Below, piece by piece: positions 57,612-64,000 of a DNA stretch of 64,000 nucleotides (its first letter is position 1; the number at the start of each line of letters is the position of its first letter). The position numbers and the translations under genes are program-made. The stretch is from Marispirochaeta sp. (GTDB taxonomy: Bacteria; Spirochaetota; Spirochaetia; JC444; Marispirochaetaceae). The stretch spans positions 1,856,001 through 1,920,000 of the forward strand of contig CAXXFF010000002.1 of the NCBI GenBank assembly GCA_963676835.2, read 5' to 3'. The notes under the pieces are model-generated. The model did not search any database and was not told the DNA's origin. It worked only from the letters and a program-made list of their open reading frames with translations.

Positions 57612-57851
57612 AAGAATGTACCCCATCAAGGATGATTTGTACAAGGGAAAAAACAGCGAGAATTCAATACAGGTGTGATGTAAAAGGAGGGAGGGCCGGG
57701 CATGCATAACGCGTCGTTTGCGCGCTGAGACGGTGCACCGCCCCGTCTCAAAGAAGGAGTGCCCTGCAATGCATCCCACCTGGAGGCGTTTTGGCCTGGA
57801 ATAAGGAGGCGGTGCAGTGCACCGCCTGTGCTGATGTCCGGCTTTTTGCTG

Positions 57852-59201
57852 TTAGGCCAGCTCTTCGATGTATTTCTTTGCCAGGAGGGCTGCTCCGCGA
57901 AGGGAGGACTGGTCGCGGTAGACATAGTTGCAGTCCCGCATCCAGAGTTTCTTGGCCTGTATCGTCAGATCGTTGGCGGCGCCGCCGGTGATGAACATAT
58001 CGTCCTTCAGGGGAATTTCCAGAGAGATCTCTTTCAGGTGTTCCCGCTGATACTCCGCAAGTCCCCGTACCAGAGCTGCCAGGAGTTCATCTCTTCTGGT
58101 TTCCTGGTTCATGCCGGTAAACTCGGCTTTCAATGGATCCAGGGAGTAGCGTGAACCCATGAGGTAGGGAACATAGCGTACATTGCTGGTTTTGTGCATC
58201 CACTTGTTCAGGGCTTCGGGCATAAAGTCGGACCAGAACTGGTCGGGTGTCATTTCCGAGCAGAAAACCTGCTGGAACCATTCAAAAGCCTTTCCTCCGG
58301 CATTCATTACATAAAGGGTAAGCCAGCGGTCGGGCAGAACGTGGGCCCTGATGTTGTATTCAGTTGAAGGGTAACACTTGGGAAGACAGACCAGTGATAT
58401 TTCGCAGGTTCCGTTTACATTAATGGACTGGCCGGGTTCGTTTACTCCTGCATCATATGCAGCCAGGGCCGCATCGTTTCCGCCGATGATGACGTATGGC
58501 TGTTTTTTAAAGCCAAGTTCCTGTGCCAGCTCTTTCTTTACAACACCGGCGCTGTCGTAGGAGTGGATTACCTTCGGTAGACGGTCTATGGAGAGATCAA
58601 AAGCTGAGGCAATCTCCTCATTCCAGGTAAGATCATTTTTGGTTGTATTATAAAGGGCGCTCAGAGATGCGGAAGATGGATCAATGGCAAAGTTTCCGGT
58701 AAGCCATTTGGCTACGAAGGTATTGGAGTGTCCGAAGCATGCTGTTTTCTCATAGGCCTCCGGTTCATTCTCCTTGATCCAGAGGATACTGGCCAGAGAA
58801 CATCCACCTGCAACGGGCATGTTTGAAGTATCTGCCAGAATCTTTTCAAGTCCGACTTTCTTGATAATATCAGCTGCCTGTTTGCGAGAACGCTGATCCA
58901 GCATCAGAATTGCCGGATAAGTGGCATTGCCGTCGGCATCCATGGCACTGAGACCGGGAGTTGTGCCGGACAGGGCCAGAGCATCAATATCGGCTATCAG
59001 GTCTGCCATGGCTTTGCATCCGTTGCGGAAGGCAATCTGCCATTTTTCCTGCTCGATATCACCGAATGTTCCGTCGTTGTAGACGTTTACATCATAGGGT
59101 TCGGAGTACTCTTTAATCTGCTCCAGATCTCCCGAGGCATTCTCTTTAAAAACCCCCATTTTCATGGACGTGGTTCCGATGTCTACTCCAAGAATGTTCA
59201 T
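57852..59201 (-). CDS. FGGY family carbohydrate kinase
   Basis: LGVDIGTTSMK, LDQRS, GGND, GT, TGGAA. Confidence 0.88.
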   Translation of the reverse strand: MNILGVDIGTTSMKMGVFKENASGDLEQIKEYSEPYDVNVYNDGTFGDIEQEKWQIAFRNGCKAMADLIADIDALALSGTTPGLSAMDADGNATYPAILMLDQRSRKQAADIIKKVGLEKILADTSNMPVAGGCSLASILWIKENEPEAYEKTACFGHSNTFVAKWLTGNFAIDPSSASLSALYNTTKNDLTWNEEIASAFDLSIDRLPKVIHSYDSAGVVKKELAQELGFKKQPYVIIGGNDAALAAYDAGVNEPGQSINVNGTCEISLVCLPKCYPSTEYNIRAHVLPDRWLTLYVMNAGGKAFEWFQQVFCSEMTPDQFWSDFMPEALNKWMHKTSNVRYVPYLMGSRYSLDPLKAEFTGMNQETRRDELLAALVRGLAEYQREHLKEISLEIPLKDDMFITGGAANDLTIQAKKLWMRDCNYVYRDQSSLRGAALLAKKYIEELA

Positions 59202-59297
59202 CTGCCGCTCCTTTTTGCTTGTTGTTGTAAGTTCAGTTATAAAAGTAATCCCTCCGGCTTACGCGGAGGGATTGAGCGCCGGCTGAGCCGGCGTGTA

Positions 59298-60260
59298 TCA
59301 GGCAATAAAATTCTTTACTGAATCTTTTATCTGATCCGACTGCAGTCCATAGAGACCCAGAAGCGCATCGTAGGGTCCGTTGGATGCATACAGATCGTTC
59401 ACGCCGATCCGGAGTACCGGTACCGGGTGTTTTGCAGAACATACTTCTGCTACTGCACTGCCGAGTCCGCCGGAAGTGTAGTGCTCCTCAACAGTTACAA
59501 TGCGACCGGTTTTCTCCGCTGCTTCAAGAACAAGCTCCTCATCCAGAGGCTTGATGGTGTGCATGTCTATCAGGCATACACTTACACCTTCTGCTTCGAG
59601 GGCCATAGCTGCGGTAACCGCATTTGCCAGCATGGTGCCGGTTGCTATTATGGTTACATCAGATCCGTCCATCAGGGTTATTCCCTTACCGGCTTTAAAC
59701 TCAACATCTTCGGGGTAAATGCCGGGCATGGGAGGACTTCCGATACGCAGGTATACAGGTCCGTCGATTTCTGCTGCGGCCTGCACTGTTTTGTGAATGC
59801 TCACGGGATCGCCGGGGTTGAGGATTGTAACACCGGGAATGGTGCGGATAATTCCGTAGTCATCCAGTGAGTGGTGGGTCGGTCCCAGATGGGAGTAGGT
59901 AAGACCCGCACAGCGGCCTACAACCTTGGCATTCTGGTTCATATATCCCAGGTCATTTCGAAACATCTCGTAGGGACGGGCAGTTACGAAAGGTGCAATG
60001 GCTGCGTAAAAAGGAATAAGCCCGGTGGAGGCCATTCCTGCTGCATATCCTACTGCTCCCTGCTCCATAATTCCGAACTCAAAGTGACGCTCGGGGAAGG
60101 CCTGGGCAAAGGGGCCCATGCCTGATCCGGAGGAGCTGTCGGTGGATATGGCAACAACTTTGGGATTTTTATCTCCTGCTGCTTTCAGGGCTTCTCCGAA
60201 GACCTTTCGGGGATCCTTGGCTTCGGTAAAGGTTCTGTTCCAGTTGGTAATCTTCTTCAT
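59298..60260 (-). CDS. Split transketolase, C-terminal subunit
   Basis: RHFEFGIMEQ, GPTHHS, VEEH..GGLG. Confidence 0.9.
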   Translation of the reverse strand: MKKITNWNRTFTEAKDPRKVFGEALKAAGDKNPKVVAISTDSSSGSGMGPFAQAFPERHFEFGIMEQGAVGYAAGMASTGLIPFYAAIAPFVTARPYEMFRNDLGYMNQNAKVVGRCAGLTYSHLGPTHHSLDDYGIIRTIPGVTILNPGDPVSIHKTVQAAAEIDGPVYLRIGSPPMPGIYPEDVEFKAGKGITLMDGSDVTIIATGTMLANAVTAAMALEAEGVSVCLIDMHTIKPLDEELVLEAAEKTGRIVTVEEHYTSGGLGSAVAEVCSAKHPVPVLRIGVNDLYASNGPYDALLGLYGLQSDQIKDSVKNFIA

Positions 60261-61123
60261 TATGCACCTTTCCCCGCGCTTGCAAGAGCTTCTTTCATTT
60301 TCTTAAGGTCCGCATCTGCTGCAGCCAGTTCATCGGCATTGGCCTTCCAGTAGTGGTAGGCTGCCTTGCCTTCTGCAAAAGCGAGTCCCTTGGATTTTAC
60401 CGTGTCGGCAATAATTACCGAGGGTTTTCCTTTTTCGAAGGGAACTGCGTCGAGGGCGGCAGTGACTGCTTCAATGTCGTTTCCGTCTATGGTTTTAACA
60501 CTCCAGCCGAAGGCCGCCCAGCGGTCTTCCAGGGGTTCGTAACTCATTACTTCTGTGGTTTTTCCGCCGATCTGCAGGCCGTTACGGTCTACAAAGGCCA
60601 CCAGGTTGTCCAGCTTATGGAATGACGCGGCAGCAGCAGCTTCCCAGTTGGAACCTTCCGCCTGTTCGCCGTCGCCCATAAGAACATAGACGTTATTATC
60701 TTTTTTCTGGGCCTTAAGGCCCATGGCCATTCCGCCGGCGATGGAGAGACCGTGGCCGAGGGCTCCGGTATTCGCCTCAACACCGGGCTGCTTCTGCATG
60801 CTCGGGTGGCCGGGGAGGGGTGATTTCAGATCACCGTAGGTATCGAGGTAATCATCGGGCAGGAAGCCTTTCTCTGACAGTGCTGCATAGAGAATAAGGC
60901 ATTTGTGTCCTGCGGAGAGAATAAATCTGTCTCTGTCTTCCCAGTCAGGTTTTTTCGGGTCAACCTTCATGGTTCGAAAATAGAGGGCAGTCATAATTTC
61001 GGTGGCCGAGAGGGCCCCGCCGAGGTGACCGGATCCGGACGCTTTTATCATGCGCAGAACCCGCTCACGGAGGGCAAGGGCCTTCCCTTCCAGTTCAAGT
61101 TTTTCTGTGGCAGTCAAGCTCAT
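60260..61123 (-). CDS. Split transketolase, N-terminal subunit
   Basis: GHLGG, DRFILSAGH, GHP, TGALGHG, GDGEQAEG. Confidence 0.9.
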   Translation of the reverse strand: MSLTATEKLELEGKALALRERVLRMIKASGSGHLGGALSATEIMTALYFRTMKVDPKKPDWEDRDRFILSAGHKCLILYAALSEKGFLPDDYLDTYGDLKSPLPGHPSMQKQPGVEANTGALGHGLSIAGGMAMGLKAQKKDNNVYVLMGDGEQAEGSNWEAAAAASFHKLDNLVAFVDRNGLQIGGKTTEVMSYEPLEDRWAAFGWSVKTIDGNDIEAVTAALDAVPFEKGKPSVIIADTVKSKGLAFAEGKAAYHYWKANADELAAADADLKKMKEALASAGKGA

Positions 61124-61132
61124 CTTCACATC

Positions 61133-61582
61133 CTACTTGCTATGCGCTTCGGCATAGTCGGTAATTGCTTTAACCTTGGGTTCAGACCGGCACCCGTCTT
61201 CCCATTCCGCTTCCAGGTAGGTTTTCACCATCTGTACTGCGATAACAGGCCCGATTGTCTGAGCTCCCATGGTCATTACATTGGTGTTGTTGCTCTTGAT
61301 TGCCCGCTCTGCTGAGTAAACATCGGTACAGAGAGCCGCATAACAGCCGGGGACCTTGTTGGCAGCAATGCTTACACCGATACCGGTACCACAGATGATG
61401 ATTCCTCTGTCGTATTCACCTTTGGCAACTGCTTCACCCACTTTGAATGCCACGTTGGCATAAATGGGGTCATCACTTCCCATATCAGCATATTCATAAC
61501 CCCAGTCGTCAAGACTCTTTTTGATGATCTCTTTTAAATCGCTTGCGTTCGGGTCACAGCCGATGGCGACTCTCTTTTTCAT
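61133..61582 (-). CDS. RpiB/LacAB family sugar-phosphate isomerase (DerI-like)
   Basis: CGTGIGVSIAANKVPG; SAERAIKSNN. Confidence 0.85.
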   Translation of the reverse strand: MKKRVAIGCDPNASDLKEIIKKSLDDWGYEYADMGSDDPIYANVAFKVGEAVAKGEYDRGIIICGTGIGVSIAANKVPGCYAALCTDVYSAERAIKSNNTNVMTMGAQTIGPVIAVQMVKTYLEAEWEDGCRSEPKVKAITDYAEAHSK

Positions 61583-61607
61583 GTTTACTCCTTCTATTTA
61601 TAAACGC

Positions 61608-62957
61608 CTATTTTGCTCCATTGGCGGCGTTCATAAATCTTCTCTGGTAAGATACTACCTGGTTTGCGCTGGTGAAACGGGCCAGATACTGCGGTTCGGC
61701 AGTTATAACGATCCGGTCGGTCATGTCGACAAACTCTGGCTCAGCCAGCAGACGGTCGATATCCGGATAGTTGTAATCACCTTCCATACTGCAGATAATC
61801 AGCTTTGTTTCAGGCAGGTTGACCTGTCTCAGCATGCGTAAATTATGCCGAACGCCATCGAGGCCGTCAATACGCTCATCTGTGTCTGCGCCTCTCTCTT
61901 TTACAATCCGGCGGCCGGTTTTCATTACCTCGATAAGATTGAGATCTGCATCGCCCTTGGCAAGGTAGTCGGTTTTAACCATGTAGGCCCGCAGGTCTTC
62001 CAGGTATTTCGCGTCTTCGGTCAGGTCGAAGATATCAAGAAACTTCTTGATTTCTGTGGTCTGGGTAAGCCGGTGACGGACGAAGCTGTTGATAAAGTAG
62101 GGCTTGGCCTGAAGAGCCATGGCGGTCTGCCAGGGTTCAAACATCAGAGTAAAGTTGATTCTGAATCCCCGCTCCCGCAGCATCATGGCAAGGTTGTGGC
62201 CTCTGAGGGCGTCTTCAGTACTGCCTTTGGTGAAGTGGTTGCTGAAAAGTTTATCACCTTCGAGCAGTTCACCGACATTATCTCTGTTTACCGGTCCTGT
62301 GTGGGGAATCTTGACAACTACCCGGTAGTCGGAGAGCATTTCCCGGAAATGTTCAGCCTCTTCAATGATTTTCTCGGGGTCATCGAAGGGGTTGTTCACT
62401 TCTACGCTTATATCACAACCGGGGCCGAGGATATCGCCCAGGGCTTTCATTACTTCATCCCGGTCTTTGTACTTGTTGCCTATGTTGGCTTTGGGGTTAT
62501 TGATAAACAGATCGTAAACAATACCGGGGTTACAGGTAAGGTTTGCCAGCTGATTGCTGATGGCTGCTACTTCGTAGGGGTTTGCGCTGTCCGCGGAAAA
62601 GAGGTAGTTTGTCGCCCGTTTCTGTCCGTTCTTGTCGTAGCAGATGTCCCTGACGAGGTCTGCGCGAAGAACACCTTCTGCTTCGAGGTTGAGGTCGATG
62701 CGGAATCCTGCGGGGGTTTCCTTTTCGGGAGTAGGGAAGGTATCCATAACCTTCTTGAAATTCTCAGTTACTCCGATGTGGCGTACCAGGGGCCAGATTT
62801 CCCGGTACTCTTCCCAGCGAATGGGCATGTCGAGGATATGGTTAAGGTATTTTGCGTCCTCATTTATCAGGCTGGTTTCTTCGCCTGTAAGGGAGCGCAG
62901 GTTTGCAGTAAGGTTGGGCCGTAAAGGTGCCGTGCGGCCGAGGTTGGAAAGATCCAT
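61608..62957 (-). CDS. Atypical long transaldolase-family protein
   Basis: ADSAN, TCNP, ISVEV, Schiff-base VKIP, INFTLMF, FINSF; about 115-aa N-terminal extension. Confidence 0.75.
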   Translation of the reverse strand: MDLSNLGRTAPLRPNLTANLRSLTGEETSLINEDAKYLNHILDMPIRWEEYREIWPLVRHIGVTENFKKVMDTFPTPEKETPAGFRIDLNLEAEGVLRADLVRDICYDKNGQKRATNYLFSADSANPYEVAAISNQLANLTCNPGIVYDLFINNPKANIGNKYKDRDEVMKALGDILGPGCDISVEVNNPFDDPEKIIEEAEHFREMLSDYRVVVKIPHTGPVNRDNVGELLEGDKLFSNHFTKGSTEDALRGHNLAMMLRERGFRINFTLMFEPWQTAMALQAKPYFINSFVRHRLTQTTEIKKFLDIFDLTEDAKYLEDLRAYMVKTDYLAKGDADLNLIEVMKTGRRIVKERGADTDERIDGLDGVRHNLRMLRQVNLPETKLIICSMEGDYNYPDIDRLLAEPEFVDMTDRIVITAEPQYLARFTSANQVVSYQRRFMNAANGAK

Positions 62958-62984
62958 GGATTTCCTCCGTATATCAGTCAAATT

Positions 62985-63038
62985 AAGTGGATAGGCCACT
63001 TGGTGCTTACTGTAATTGGTGGATAGGCCACCTGTCAA
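62985..63038 (-). promoter_or_regulatory. Promoter with duplicated GTGGATAGGCCAC operator
   Basis: Operators at 62985-63001 and 63018-63032; minus strand TTGACA(63038-63033)-N18-TACAGT. Confidence 0.75.
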
Positions 63039-63183
63039 GTAAAAAGGGTGATTTCCCCTGTTTTTCCCGAAAATTTCAGGGTAATCAGGCGGTTATTAAA
63101 GAAAAGGTGATCAGTGGCTTGGCCATTTAGTTGATTTTGCTCAAGCTATAGGTTACACTGTTCCCAAGGCGGTAGTATTTCAG

Positions 63184-63944
63184 ATGATAAATAAGGACCC
63201 GATATATCAACAGCTTAACCGACTCCTCAGAAGAAAGCTCACTTCCGGGGAGTATCAGGTGGGCGATAAGTTTCTTACGGAAAGAATGATCTGTGAACAG
63301 TATGATGTGAGCAGGGCGACGGCAAATAAATCTCTTTCAAGCCTTGTCTCTGAAGGGTTGCTGGAATTCAGAAAGGGCGTCGGTACTTTTATCCGCTCGA
63401 AGCCGACGGCGGGTAAACTTTTAAAGCTTAACAGTTTTACCGAGAATGCCAGGCTGGCCGGGTACGATACGAAATCATCGGTTCTTCGCTTTGAACGCCT
63501 CAAGGCACGGGTTATTGAACCTATTATTGCAGAGAAGCTGCAGGTTAATCCTGAAGATGATATTTACCATATAGAGCGGCTGAGAACTGCAAACAAAGTG
63601 CCCATGATTCTGGAAAACCGCTATATCGTAACCAAATTCTGCCCCGATTTGTTTGAGCAGAGCCTTCAGGCTCACTTTATCAGCTGTTTACCGATAAATA
63701 TGATCTGAATATTACCGGCACCGATGAAACCATAAATGCCGTATCTCTAACAAAAGAAGAAGCTGATCTTCTGGATATAGAAGAGGGGAAAGCCGGTTTT
63801 CAGGTAACCGCCATGGGGTATATAGATGACTATATTCCTCTCTGGTGGGAACGAACCATTCATAAGCCCGACGCTTTTGAATACCGCTGTCAAATCCGTC
63901 CGAATCAGGGCCAGCAGGAACTGAAAGGGCATCTTAAAATCTGA
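63184..63944 (+). pseudogene. GntR/HutC (UTRA) regulator with a single-base frameshift near 63669
   Basis: The N-part stops at 63708; the UTRA domain continues in another frame (GSLYQLFTDKYDL...EEADLLDI) to TGA 63944. Confidence 0.8.
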
Positions 63945-63977
63945 TTTTTATCACAGGATATTTTCAAGGAGATTCAA

Positions 63978-64000
63978 ATGGACTACAAAAGCAAACTGGA
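63978..64000 (+). CDS. Start of next gene (truncated by window edge)
   Basis: AAGGAG RBS then ATG GAC TAC AAA... Confidence 0.45.

Overview
Bacterial genomic DNA, most likely from a free-living anaerobic spirochaete (Spirochaetaceae-like). This is an inference from secreted binding proteins with FAxG(Q/A)xE-type N-termini and the overall gene style, not a database result. The window is almost entirely carbohydrate and sugar-acid catabolism: 1 TTT, 1 ABC and 2 TRAP transporters, 3 enolase-superfamily enzymes, 4 SDRs, 2 split transketolases, a fused E1 alpha/beta, a LarA-like protein, 8 GntR and 2 LacI regulators. A tRNA-Pro(GGG) at 25198-25271 separates a decaying accessory region on the left (IS21 element, truncated flavoprotein gene, deleted tartrate/malate dehydrogenase, repeat-bounded cassette) from a short housekeeping block (kinase, nuclease, M16 protease, asd). 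The most notable feature is a minus-strand operon at 46920-55548: TRAP, CoA-transferase, crotonase, glycyl-radical-enzyme (GRE) homolog and activase. The radical enzyme has Ala in place of the radical Gly (RVAAY). Its activase has NGPG in place of DGxG and a decayed ferredoxin insert. This suggests an alanyl-radical enzyme pathway of unknown substrate, apparently LacI-coregulated with a DEH-reductase-like SDR. Also present are a family of GNA-triloop structured intergenic repeats with compensatory changes, and several operator/promoter sets readable directly from the sequence. All product calls come from motif recognition by eye; no searches were run.
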